DNA of 54,675 nucleotides from an uncultured Candidatus Saccharibacteria bacterium (GTDB lineage Bacteria; Patescibacteriota; Minisyncoccia; Phycocordibacterales; PALSA-1337): assembly GCA_964389975.1 (NCBI GenBank), contig CAYMGJ010000003.1:1-54675 (forward strand), read 5' to 3'. A program made the position numbers and the translations under genes. The notes beneath the pieces were generated by a model. That model made no database searches and was not told the DNA's origin. It was given only the letters and a program-made list of their open reading frames with translations. Position 1 is the stretch's first letter, and each line of letters begins with the position of its first letter. Of the stretch, positions 8,155 to 17,140 are shown piece by piece.

Positions 8155-10098
8155 GTGAGTGAACATTCATTAAACATGCGACAAAAAGAGGCGGTAGAGA
8201 CCACTGAAGGGCCTCTTCTCATTCTTGCTGGAGCAGGTGCAGGAAAAACCAAGACAATAACTCATAGAATACTCCATATAATCAAAAAGGGTATTCGCCC
8301 AAGCTCAATTCTTGCCATTACCTTTACCAACAAAGCAGCCAAGGAAATGCGAGAGAGAGTGTTCCACCTCATAGCATCAGACAAGACTCTGAATATACCA
8401 ATATCGTACAATGAACGACCATTTGTAAGTACGTTCCATTCCCTTGGAGTTCATATTATAAAAGAAAATAGTTCTTTTCTTGGAATTCCTCGTCATTTCA
8501 GTATTTTTGATAGGGGGGATTCAAAACGTGCCATTAAAGATGCCTTGGAAGAGTTGAACTTGGATCCAAAGCAGTATGAACCAGGAACACTTCTCAGTGC
8601 AATCTCTCGAGAAAAGGGTGATGGGGTAAGCCTATCCGAATTTAAAAACCGCCATCATGATTTCTACAAAGGAATTGTTCTGAAGGTATGGGAAAAATAT
8701 GAACAAGCTCTTGCACGAGAAAAAGCTCTTGATTTTGATGACCTTCTCTTAAAAACAGCAGTACTTCTACGAACCCATGAGGAAATACGGAAGAAATATA
8801 GTTCATTATGGACATATATACATATAGATGAGTATCAGGATACAAACCGGGTTCAGTATGAAATAGCCCAACTCTTAGCTCAGGAACATAAAAATATTTG
8901 TGTTGTGGGTGATATTGATCAAAATATATATAGCTGGAGAGGTGCTGATATACAGAATATTCTTAATTTTGAAAAAGAATATCCACAAACAAAGATAATT
9001 CTCCTTGAAGAGAACTATCGTTCAACACAAACAATACTTACTGCAGCGAATAATGTCATAAAGAAAAACCTCATACGAAAAGAGAAAAACCTTTTTACCA
9101 AAAATGGAGAAGGGGAGAAGATAGAGCTCCTCATTTCATACACAGAACATGAAGAAGCCCGTACTGTTGCTGAAAAAGTCCGTGAAATCATAAAAGATGG
9201 CGTAAATCCTAAGGAAATAGCCATTCTTTACCGTGCAAATTTCCAATCAAGAGTTCTTGAAGAAGCATTTTTGAATAAAAACATTCCATACCAACTACTG
9301 GGAGTAAAATTCTTTGAACGTAAGGAGGTTAAAGATGTTCTTTCTTTCATACGGGCCTCCCTTAATCGAGATAGTGTGTCTGATCTTGTACGAATCATCA
9401 ATGTACCACCTCGAGGAATAGGGAAAACAACCCTCCTCAAGGTTGTATCAGGACAAGAAAGTACACTTGGACCATCTCTTCGTGTGAAAGTTCAACAGTT
9501 CATGTCTCTTCTCGATACAATACAATCAAAATCGAAAACGGAGAGACCATCAGAGCTCATAAAATACATCCTCAAAGAAACAGGAATGGAGCACGCATAC
9601 CGACAGGGAACATCAGAAGATCATGAAAAACTTGAAAACCTACAGGAACTTGTAACTGTCGCAAGTCAGTATGATGCTCTACCTGAAGAAGAAGGTCTTG
9701 AGAAGTTTCTTGAAAACGCAGCATTGGCAACCGATCAAGATGAACTAGAAGAAGAAGTGAATGCAGTAAAAATGATGACGGTACATGCCTCAAAAGGTCT
9801 TGAATTTGACTACGTATTCATCACGGGACTTGAAGAAGATCTCTTTCCTCATCAAAGAATGAATGAGAAAGACTCTGAGAACAAGGATACCGAGGAAGAA
9901 AGACGTCTTTTCTATGTAGCTATAACCCGAGCACGAAAGAAGGTATTTCTCAGTTATGCACAGATACGCACCATTTATGGAGCTCAGAAAGTTAATACAC
10001 CATCTAACTTCATTTCTGATATTGGTGATGAACAAATAACATCAGTGGGGGATTCTGAGGCTCCACGAGGTATAAAAGCTATTTTTATAGATTTTTAA
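8155..10098 (+). CDS. pcrA: ATP-dependent DNA helicase PcrA/UvrD family
   Basis: It has Walker A AGAGAGKTKT, FTNKAAKEMRER, DEYQDTN, VHASKGLEF and YVAITRARKKVFLS. The start is GTG at 8155; an alternative ATG lies at 8176. Confidence 0.9.
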   Translation: MSEHSLNMRQKEAVETTEGPLLILAGAGAGKTKTITHRILHIIKKGIRPSSILAITFTNKAAKEMRERVFHLIASDKTLNIPISYNERPFVSTFHSLGVHIIKENSSFLGIPRHFSIFDRGDSKRAIKDALEELNLDPKQYEPGTLLSAISREKGDGVSLSEFKNRHHDFYKGIVLKVWEKYEQALAREKALDFDDLLLKTAVLLRTHEEIRKKYSSLWTYIHIDEYQDTNRVQYEIAQLLAQEHKNICVVGDIDQNIYSWRGADIQNILNFEKEYPQTKIILLEENYRSTQTILTAANNVIKKNLIRKEKNLFTKNGEGEKIELLISYTEHEEARTVAEKVREIIKDGVNPKEIAILYRANFQSRVLEEAFLNKNIPYQLLGVKFFERKEVKDVLSFIRASLNRDSVSDLVRIINVPPRGIGKTTLLKVVSGQESTLGPSLRVKVQQFMSLLDTIQSKSKTERPSELIKYILKETGMEHAYRQGTSEDHEKLENLQELVTVASQYDALPEEEGLEKFLENAALATDQDELEEEVNAVKMMTVHASKGLEFDYVFITGLEEDLFPHQRMNEKDSENKDTEEERRLFYVAITRARKKVFLSYAQIRTIYGAQKVNTPSNFISDIGDEQITSVGDSEAPRGIKAIFIDF

Positions 10099-10102
10099 TC
10101 AT

Positions 10103-10927
10103 ATGAATCAAGACTACGAAGAAAAATCACTATCATTCTCTGCAAAAAAATCATTAGGACAGAATTTTCTCCATGCACCAAACATAATTAGTGCAATGGC
10201 TCATGCAGGAAATGCTGGTCCAGATAGTATTGTCCTTGAAATTGGCCCTGGAAAGGGAGCTCTGACCAAGACACTCCTTGCTTCAGGATCACGAGTTATA
10301 GCCATAGAAAAAGATGATCGGGCTATACCTTTTCTCAATGAACTCTTTAAAAATGAAATAGAATCTGGTCAGCTATCGCTCATTCATGATGATGTACTGC
10401 TCTGGGACCTTGAGAAATATGGATTAAAGAAAGATGAATATGTCGTTATAGCTAATATCCCCTACTATATCAGTGGGGAATTTATGAGAAAATTCCTCGA
10501 AACGGCTCAACATCCACAAAAAATTGTAGTAATGCTCCAGAAAGAACTTGCGAAAAGAATAGTTGATAGCAAAGAAAGTATTCTTTCTCTTTCAGTAAAG
10601 GCATATGGAAGCCCAAAATACCTTGTAACTGTGCCAAGGAAGCTTTTTAGACCCATTCCAAATGTAGACTCGGCCGTACTTGTCATAGATACAATATCAA
10701 AAAAATTCTTTGAAGAAAGTGGAATACCAGAGGCACGTTTTTTTGAAATCATAAAAGCAGGCTTTGCTCATAAAAGAAAGGTACTCATACGAAATCTTGA
10801 GGTGGTTATGGACCCCGCTATACTTAGAAAGATATGGGAAACAGAACAAATACCACTCACGGCACGAGCGGAAAATCTTTCTCTTGAAATGTGGAAAAAA
10901 ATCATAGGATATAATCATATATCTTGA
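10103..10927 (+). CDS. rsmA: 16S rRNA (adenine1518/1519-N6)-dimethyltransferase
   Basis: KKSLGQNFL and the SAM-binding VLEIGPGKGALT motif are present, along with NIPYYIS. Confidence 0.9.
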   Translation: MNQDYEEKSLSFSAKKSLGQNFLHAPNIISAMAHAGNAGPDSIVLEIGPGKGALTKTLLASGSRVIAIEKDDRAIPFLNELFKNEIESGQLSLIHDDVLLWDLEKYGLKKDEYVVIANIPYYISGEFMRKFLETAQHPQKIVVMLQKELAKRIVDSKESILSLSVKAYGSPKYLVTVPRKLFRPIPNVDSAVLVIDTISKKFFEESGIPEARFFEIIKAGFAHKRKVLIRNLEVVMDPAILRKIWETEQIPLTARAENLSLEMWKKIIGYNHIS

Positions 10928-10936
10928 TATAATTTA

Positions 10937-10958
10937 GGGCAGTATTTAAATACTGCCC
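10937..10958. promoter_or_regulatory. Perfect 22-bp palindrome GGGCAGTATTTAAATACTGCCC, 2 nt upstream of the first gene of the VirB4 cluster
   Basis: I verified this base by base: gggcagtattt is followed by its exact reverse complement aaatactgccc. No U-tract follows. Confidence 0.6.
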
Positions 10959-10960
10959 GC

Positions 10961-11917
10961 GTGAAGTATCCAAGCGCAAAAAACACACTTTTAATACTTG
11001 TAGCATGCCTGCTTGTAGGCGGTTCTTTTCTTGTTGCCGAATACAGAAACAAAAAAGCACAACCTATATATTCATCCTCTCTCAACACAAAACCAGCTGA
11101 TCACGAAACAGCTCAAATCGTAGATACAGACGGTGATGGACTTAAGGATTGGGAAGAGGTTCTCATAGGATCATCAACACGAAATCCAGACACTGATGGA
11201 GATGGTACAACTGATGGGGAAGAAGTGAGATTAAACAGAAACCCACTCGTAAAAGGACCTAAGGACAAATCTCAGAATACAACAATCATCTCTCAATCTG
11301 AGAAACTCGAACCTATCGATGCAGTGAGTCGAGAATTCTTTGCTCGATATATGCAATTGAAACAGGTAGGACTCTCTACTGATGCAGAAAGTCAACAAGA
11401 ACTCATCACATCAACAGTGAACAGTGTCGGTTTTGCAGAACCAAAATCATATACCACTGCCGATATTGTGATAGAAGAAGATAGTAGTGCTGAATCGATA
11501 AAAAAATATGGAAATGCCCTTGGTTCTGTTATACAAAAAAATATGATCTCTTCACGTAATGAAGGGGAGATAGCAAAGGAAGCCCTTGAGACCGGAAATT
11601 TAGAGATTCTCAAGGAATTGGATCCAATAATAGAAAATTATCGTAAAATTATAAATGGCTTCATATTAATACCAGCTCCTAAGGCGCTCGCATCTCTTCA
11701 CGCTGATTTATTAACAGGAATGAATGCAGCACTCTTTACGGCTCAATCCTTTAAACAGTCTGGGGTTAATCCAATCTCAGGACTTCAAGCAATCAGCCAG
11801 TACACCCTTGCCGAAGCAAAGATTAGGAGTGCACTCAATGCAATACGTAGCTATATGACGTTTCTTGGTATAAGTTTTATTGGAGAACCTGGGGAAATAA
11901 TTTTTACACAAAATTAA
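10961..11917 (+). CDS. Membrane-anchored or secreted protein with two thrombospondin-type-3-like Ca-binding repeats (cluster gene 1)
   Basis: GTG start. The N-terminal hydrophobic segment is LLILVACLLVGGSFLV. The repeats are DTDGDGLKDWEE and DTDGDGTTDGEE. The C-terminal half is helical. Confidence 0.6.
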   Translation: MKYPSAKNTLLILVACLLVGGSFLVAEYRNKKAQPIYSSSLNTKPADHETAQIVDTDGDGLKDWEEVLIGSSTRNPDTDGDGTTDGEEVRLNRNPLVKGPKDKSQNTTIISQSEKLEPIDAVSREFFARYMQLKQVGLSTDAESQQELITSTVNSVGFAEPKSYTTADIVIEEDSSAESIKKYGNALGSVIQKNMISSRNEGEIAKEALETGNLEILKELDPIIENYRKIINGFILIPAPKALASLHADLLTGMNAALFTAQSFKQSGVNPISGLQAISQYTLAEAKIRSALNAIRSYMTFLGISFIGEPGEIIFTQN

Positions 11918-11920
11918 ACT

Positions 11921-13504
11921 ATGAATTATTTCAAGAAAATAAACAAAGTAATTTCTGGTCTAATTATTTTAGCAATACTAATTACCCCTTTTGCATCTTT
12001 TCCTAAAAAAGCTCATGCTGTTATACCAACACAAGAAGTGGGTACTAGCCTATTCCAACAAATTATTAACACCATAAGTACCGTATCTAGTGAGGTGCTT
12101 CAGTATTCGAATGAATACAAGGAAAGTGTGCTTGATCCTTTGGCTTATACTGTTGCCAAAATGATTATCCGACAAGTCACATCTAGCATTGTTAATTGGA
12201 TAAATTCTGGTTTTCAAGGTAGTCCAGCATTCGTAACTGATCCAAATTCTTTCTTTCTTGATATTGCAGATCAAATAACAGGTGAATTTATTGCTAAGAG
12301 TGGAACATTAACTGAACTCTGTTCAAATTTTAATCTTGACCTTCGTCTTGCACTGGCATTTAAATACAGGCCTAACGTACAAAAAAGATATACATGTACC
12401 TTGAGTACAATAATTAACAACGGTATCAATGCCGTTGAAAATGCATCTATTAATGGATTTACCGCGGGAGACTTTAGACAAGGGGGATTACCTGCATTCG
12501 TCTCTCTTACCACAGAACCTCAGAACAATGTATATGGGGCATATATAGAAGCTGAGTACGATCTTTCATGGAGAGTACTTTCTGCACAAGGACAACAACA
12601 AAAAGAACTTGATCAAGGAAAAGGATTCTTGTCATGGAAAAAATGTACCCTATGGTCTGATAGTTCTAATGCGGTTTCAAATAGTTTAGATCCATGGGGA
12701 ATGAACACATCTCCCGGATCAACTGACAAAAAGACGTGCTTGAAATACGAGACCCAGACACCTGGATCAACAATCGCAGGTGCTCTTGAAACACAACTCG
12801 GATCTCCTGTACGACAACTCGAGCTTGCTGATGAGTTTGGAGAAATTGTAAATGCGCTTTTTGCCCATCTTGTAACAAGAGTCTTGCAGGGAGGTCTCAC
12901 AAATGTTAACAAGAAAGACAATAGTGGTCTTTCATACCTTGATAAAATTGATAAGGACATGAATACAAATAATGCTGCTATTTTAAATATCAAGAAACAA
13001 ATACTTTCAAAAATTGACGATCAGATAAAGAAAACTGAACAATTGAAGATCCGTCGAGAGGGGGTATTGAATAAAATTTCAGGAGTTAAAAATATATTTG
13101 ATGATGCACGAGTCTGTTATGTAGCAAAAATAGCAAGCTCAACCCCACCTATTTCAAGTAGTGAAAAGGAAGCTATTGAAGAGAGTATAAAAGAACTTGA
13201 TTCACAGGTTAGTGAAAACATTGCACCTTCAGCGGTAAGAATGATGGACCTAACACAGGTTGCATCATCAAGTCTTAAAGAACTAAAGGACATACAATCC
13301 GGAGCAAGTGCAGCAACAACAGTTGATGATATTATTAGCCTTAACGATCGATATACATTCCTACTTAATAGTGGACTTATTCCGAACTCAAACGATATTG
13401 GTGGTGTTGCTAAAGACGAAAATGAGGTAAACGACCTTGTAACAAATATGAAGCCGATAGGGATAAAAGCTTTGAATGACTGTCGAGGAATAAGAAGAAG
13501 ATAG
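11921..13504 (+). CDS. Secreted hypothetical protein, 527 aa (cluster gene 2)
   Basis: It has a signal peptide with a probable cleavage site at KKAHA/VIP, several Cys residues and a coiled-coil-like C-terminus. I recognise no family. Confidence 0.55.
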   Translation: MNYFKKINKVISGLIILAILITPFASFPKKAHAVIPTQEVGTSLFQQIINTISTVSSEVLQYSNEYKESVLDPLAYTVAKMIIRQVTSSIVNWINSGFQGSPAFVTDPNSFFLDIADQITGEFIAKSGTLTELCSNFNLDLRLALAFKYRPNVQKRYTCTLSTIINNGINAVENASINGFTAGDFRQGGLPAFVSLTTEPQNNVYGAYIEAEYDLSWRVLSAQGQQQKELDQGKGFLSWKKCTLWSDSSNAVSNSLDPWGMNTSPGSTDKKTCLKYETQTPGSTIAGALETQLGSPVRQLELADEFGEIVNALFAHLVTRVLQGGLTNVNKKDNSGLSYLDKIDKDMNTNNAAILNIKKQILSKIDDQIKKTEQLKIRREGVLNKISGVKNIFDDARVCYVAKIASSTPPISSSEKEAIEESIKELDSQVSENIAPSAVRMMDLTQVASSSLKELKDIQSGASAATTVDDIISLNDRYTFLLNSGLIPNSNDIGGVAKDENEVNDLVTNMKPIGIKALNDCRGIRRR

Positions 13505-13520
13505 GATATAATAAACAGAG

Positions 13521-15383
13521 ATGAAAAAGAAACTATCCAACATTCTCATAAGTATCGCACTCATCTTTACTGTAGGGGGTTTTGCACTTACCCCGATCCC
13601 TGCAGATGCTGCGTGTTGGATTGCAAATTTTAGAATAGTAGACTGTGTAGCAGATCTTGGAAGTGTACTGCAAGGTATCGTTGGGGTTGTACTCAGCACA
13701 TCAGCCACCCTTCTTAGTTTTTCTCTCAATATAACAATCAACATAAAGGAGATATACGAAAAAACTCCTGCAATCGAAAGTACTTGGCTTCTCATAAGAA
13801 ATCTTTCAAGCATGTTCATCATATTCATGCTTATGTATGCTTCAATTAAAACAATTCTGGGGGTTGATGAAGGGGGGCTTAAGAAGCTTGTAGGGAATGT
13901 TGTGGTGGCCGGTCTCCTCATTAACTTCAGTCTCTTTGGTACAAAAGCATTAATTGACGCTTCAAACCTTATCTCTCTCCAATTCTATAGAGCAATTGCA
14001 CCTGAATATGTAGGTAATGGAGGAATTGGGACAATTGACTCGGCGTATAGTAAGGGGGGAATTGCAAATGTTCTTCTTCAAAGTTTGAAAATACAAAAAA
14101 TATATAACCCAGCAACAGCAGGACTTTCAAATGCCAAAAATCAGGGGTCAATTTTCTTTGCAATAGTAATAGCAACATATGGAGGTATCATTCTTATGAT
14201 ATTTGCAACAATTAGCTTCCTTGCAGCAGCTGTTGCTTTTGCTATTAGAACAGCCTTACTACTACTTCTTATGGCATTTTCTCCAGTATATTTCGTTGGA
14301 ATGATTTTTCCTGAGATCAAAGCTGATATATCTGACAAATGGAAAAAGGCTCTCGTAAATCAACTCATATTCATGCCGGTATATCTTCTTCTTCTCTATG
14401 TTGCTCTTCGTTTCGTGAGTGATAGTAGTTTTATGAGTTTCATACAAGATCCTAAGGGAGTTACCTCAGGTGGGGTAATTGGGATGCAACATCTTGGTGT
14501 TATCATGCAGTATTTTATCGCAATTGTATTTATCAACCTACCCCTCATAGGAGCAGTAAAGTTCGGAGCTATAGGAGTTGGTTTTGCAGAAAACATGACA
14601 AAAGGATTTAAAGAAAGACTCTATGCTCAGCCCGGTTGGCTTGGTCAACACACCCTTGGTAGGGGAGCTAAGAAACTTTCTGAAACACTTGCTTCATCTG
14701 AATTTGCCCGTAACAATCCAAATTTTGCAGTATTAGCAAACAGTACACTTGGTAAAGTATCAGGTGCGACATTTGGTGGATCAAAGGGTGGATATGACAA
14801 GAGATTTAAGGAGTATTCAAAGGCACGAAGTGATTATGCTACTAAAAATCTTTCATTGAGTAGTAGTGAAAAGAATGATATCAAGAAGGCCGCTGAAAGT
14901 GAGGCAATGATCCAAATCAACAAGAAGCTTGAGGAGCGAAGAAATATAGAAAGGGAGATAGCTGAAAAGGAAGTAAAATACGACGAGGTTGTTAGAGAAC
15001 TTGGTCCAAATACATCAAAAGCACTGAAACTCAAAGAAGAAATCGATGAACTCCGAAAGAAAGTTGCTGATCCTTATGATGAACAGAGTGAGAAAAAGAA
15101 GTTAACTCGTGAAATCAAAGACAAGAAAGAGGCTGAGGCAAAGAAAGAAGTTCAGGGAACATTCATAGACAATCTTGAAAACAAAGAGGGAAGTATTGTG
15201 TCAAAGTTTTTTGGAAGTGCAACATCTAAGGCTCGATCAGATGCCGCTGATGCAATACGAAAGAAGATGAAGGAGGGTAAGGAAGCCAAGATAATAAAAG
15301 ATATTGCTAAAGCAGTGAAAGATAATTCAGATGGGGATGAAAAGAAAGAGGAGGGAGGTGGAGGTGATAAAAAAGATAAATAA
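13521..15383 (+). CDS. Polytopic membrane protein, VirB6/TrbL-like by topology, with a long Lys/Glu-rich tail (cluster gene 3)
   Basis: It has a signal/anchor segment followed by at least 6 hydrophobic helices up to about aa 360. The C-terminal region of about 200 aa is highly charged and ends KKEEGGGGDKKDK. Confidence 0.55.
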   Translation: MKKKLSNILISIALIFTVGGFALTPIPADAACWIANFRIVDCVADLGSVLQGIVGVVLSTSATLLSFSLNITINIKEIYEKTPAIESTWLLIRNLSSMFIIFMLMYASIKTILGVDEGGLKKLVGNVVVAGLLINFSLFGTKALIDASNLISLQFYRAIAPEYVGNGGIGTIDSAYSKGGIANVLLQSLKIQKIYNPATAGLSNAKNQGSIFFAIVIATYGGIILMIFATISFLAAAVAFAIRTALLLLLMAFSPVYFVGMIFPEIKADISDKWKKALVNQLIFMPVYLLLLYVALRFVSDSSFMSFIQDPKGVTSGGVIGMQHLGVIMQYFIAIVFINLPLIGAVKFGAIGVGFAENMTKGFKERLYAQPGWLGQHTLGRGAKKLSETLASSEFARNNPNFAVLANSTLGKVSGATFGGSKGGYDKRFKEYSKARSDYATKNLSLSSSEKNDIKKAAESEAMIQINKKLEERRNIEREIAEKEVKYDEVVRELGPNTSKALKLKEEIDELRKKVADPYDEQSEKKKLTREIKDKKEAEAKKEVQGTFIDNLENKEGSIVSKFFGSATSKARSDAADAIRKKMKEGKEAKIIKDIAKAVKDNSDGDEKKEEGGGGDKKDK

Positions 15384-15388
15384 AAACC

Positions 15389-16054
15389 ATGGATATAGAA
15401 CAAATCATTAAAGAACGATATCAAGAACTTCCCGCTGATATTCAGCGAGCTATACAGAGCAATGATCTTGCGGGTAAGTTTGATATGATTGCACAAAAGC
15501 ATAATCTCCATGTTGATCAAAATGGTTCACTACAAACAGAAACAGTTCTTGTTATGCTTGGACTAGAATCCTCAAAAAAATATGTTTCAAACCTTGAAAG
15601 AGAACTTGAAATATCTCATGAAAAAGCCTTAGCTATAAGTGAGGACGTGAACCGAGAAATCCTTATGAGCATTAGGGATTCTCTAAGAAAAATGGAAGAG
15701 GGGCAAGAGAAAGAGGATGACACACATCAACCTGAAAGCATCGACAAGGAACAAACCCTCTCAACCATAGAACAGGTAGGACAATTTACCCTCGAACGTA
15801 ATCCTCAATCAACATCACCTCAGTACAAGGAACAGGGGATAAGTAAGGACAACCTTCTTGCTCATATAGAAGATAAGGAACACCACAATCCAATAACCCT
15901 CACTGACCATCTCCTAAGCACTCCTGTTATAAATGCAGAAAAGAAAGTGGAAGTGAAGGTAGAAATTGTACCGAAAGAGGAGCCCCAGAAGAAAATTCCT
16001 GTGCCCGAAGTAAAAAAATACACAAGTGATCCCTACAGAGAACCGCTAGCATAA
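15389..16054 (+). CDS. Soluble hypothetical protein (cluster gene 4)
   Basis: Intact 221-aa ORF starting 5 nt after the previous stop. It has no transmembrane segment and no motif I recognise. Confidence 0.5.
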   Translation: MDIEQIIKERYQELPADIQRAIQSNDLAGKFDMIAQKHNLHVDQNGSLQTETVLVMLGLESSKKYVSNLERELEISHEKALAISEDVNREILMSIRDSLRKMEEGQEKEDDTHQPESIDKEQTLSTIEQVGQFTLERNPQSTSPQYKEQGISKDNLLAHIEDKEHHNPITLTDHLLSTPVINAEKKVEVKVEIVPKEEPQKKIPVPEVKKYTSDPYREPLA

Positions 16055-16076
16055 GTGTGTGTGATATACTATATAT

Positions 16077-16502
16077 ATGCGCTATCAAGTTCCTCAATTT
16101 ATCGAATTTGAAGACAAGATCTTTGGACCACTGACATTAAAGCAGTTCGTATATATTGCTGGTGGAGCAGGACTAGCTTTCATCATATACAGAGTACTGC
16201 CCTCAATATTCCTTTCTGCCATTCCTATGCTGTTGGTACTCACATTCTCAGCAGCACTTGCTTTTTACAAAGTTAATAACAAACCATTCATTACGGTTGT
16301 TGAAGCTGCATTTAAATATCTCATTGGTACAAAACTATATATCTGGAAGAAAGTAGACAAGAAACCGGGTAATAATCCTGCTCAAGAAGCAAAGGAATAT
16401 GCAGGAATTATGGTACCAAAGATATCTGACAGCAAGCTTAAGGACCTTACATGGAGTCTCGATATAAAGGAAAGTTTGTATAGTAATAAAAATCAGAAAT
16501 AG
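16077..16502 (+). CDS. PrgI-family / VirB3-like small membrane protein (cluster gene 5)
   Basis: The N-terminus MRYQVPQFIEFEDKIFGPLTLKQFVYIAGG followed by two hydrophobic helices matches the PrgI/VirB3-type pattern that usually precedes VirB4. A TGaTATACT -10 element at 16062-16070 sits 6 nt before the ATG. Confidence 0.7.
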   Translation: MRYQVPQFIEFEDKIFGPLTLKQFVYIAGGAGLAFIIYRVLPSIFLSAIPMLLVLTFSAALAFYKVNNKPFITVVEAAFKYLIGTKLYIWKKVDKKPGNNPAQEAKEYAGIMVPKISDSKLKDLTWSLDIKESLYSNKNQK

Positions 16503-16505
16503 AAT

Positions 16506-17138
16506 ATGGCAACACCATCAAAAACAACGCAAGACTTTGTACCAATACAAGAAATACGAGATGGTATTGTGGTACTTAAAGATGGTTCAATGAGAGCACT
16601 TATGCTTGCATCATCATTAAACTTTGCATTGAAATCTGCAGATGAACAGAATGCAATCATTCTTCAGTTCCAAAACTTCCTTAACTCTCTTGATTTTTCT
16701 GTACAGATCTTCGTGCAGTCAAAACGCCTTGATATACGACCATATATAGCCCTTCTGGAAGGGAGGTACAAGGAACAAGTTACCGAGCTCATGAAAATAC
16801 AGACAAGAGAATATATTGAATTCATAAAAACCTTTGTTGAAAACAGTAACATCATGACGAAGTCATTCTTCATCGTCATTCCATACTCTCCACCAATTAC
16901 AGTTTCTGGCAAAAATCCTTTTGGTTCACTTGTGAAGAAAAATGGTTCATCTCCACTCCTTGAAAATGGGAAATTTGAAGAATTTAGAAGTCAGATAGAA
17001 CAAAGAGTTAGTGTTGTAGAACAAGGACTTGTTCGCTGTGGAATACGTCTAGCAGAACTTGGTACTGAAGAGGTGGTAGAATTGTATTACAAAATATTCA
17101 ACCCTGGGGAAACGGAGAAACCAATTCAAATTAATTAA
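16506..17138 (+). CDS. Stand-alone protein resembling a VirB4/TrsE N-terminal domain, with no ATPase motifs (cluster gene 6)
   Basis: FVPIQEIRDGIVVLKDGSMRALMLASSLNFALKSADEQ followed by LDFSVQIFVQSKRLD parallels the N-terminal region of the next ORF. There is no Walker A or B motif. Confidence 0.5.
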   Translation: MATPSKTTQDFVPIQEIRDGIVVLKDGSMRALMLASSLNFALKSADEQNAIILQFQNFLNSLDFSVQIFVQSKRLDIRPYIALLEGRYKEQVTELMKIQTREYIEFIKTFVENSNIMTKSFFIVIPYSPPITVSGKNPFGSLVKKNGSSPLLENGKFEEFRSQIEQRVSVVEQGLVRCGIRLAELGTEEVVELYYKIFNPGETEKPIQIN

Positions 17139-17140
17139 TC

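Noticed and set aside
13388-13921. The ORF track lists long antisense or overlapping ORFs, for example 13388-13921(-), 21356-21967(-), 5954-6337(-), 12613-12993(-), 27699-28148(+), 39209-39646(+) and 3263-3631(+).
   Set aside because: Each lies entirely within, and antisense to or out of frame with, a longer ORF that has recognisable motifs or clear membrane-protein character. Their sequences are low-complexity or stop-poor shadows with no motifs. I treated them as non-coding.
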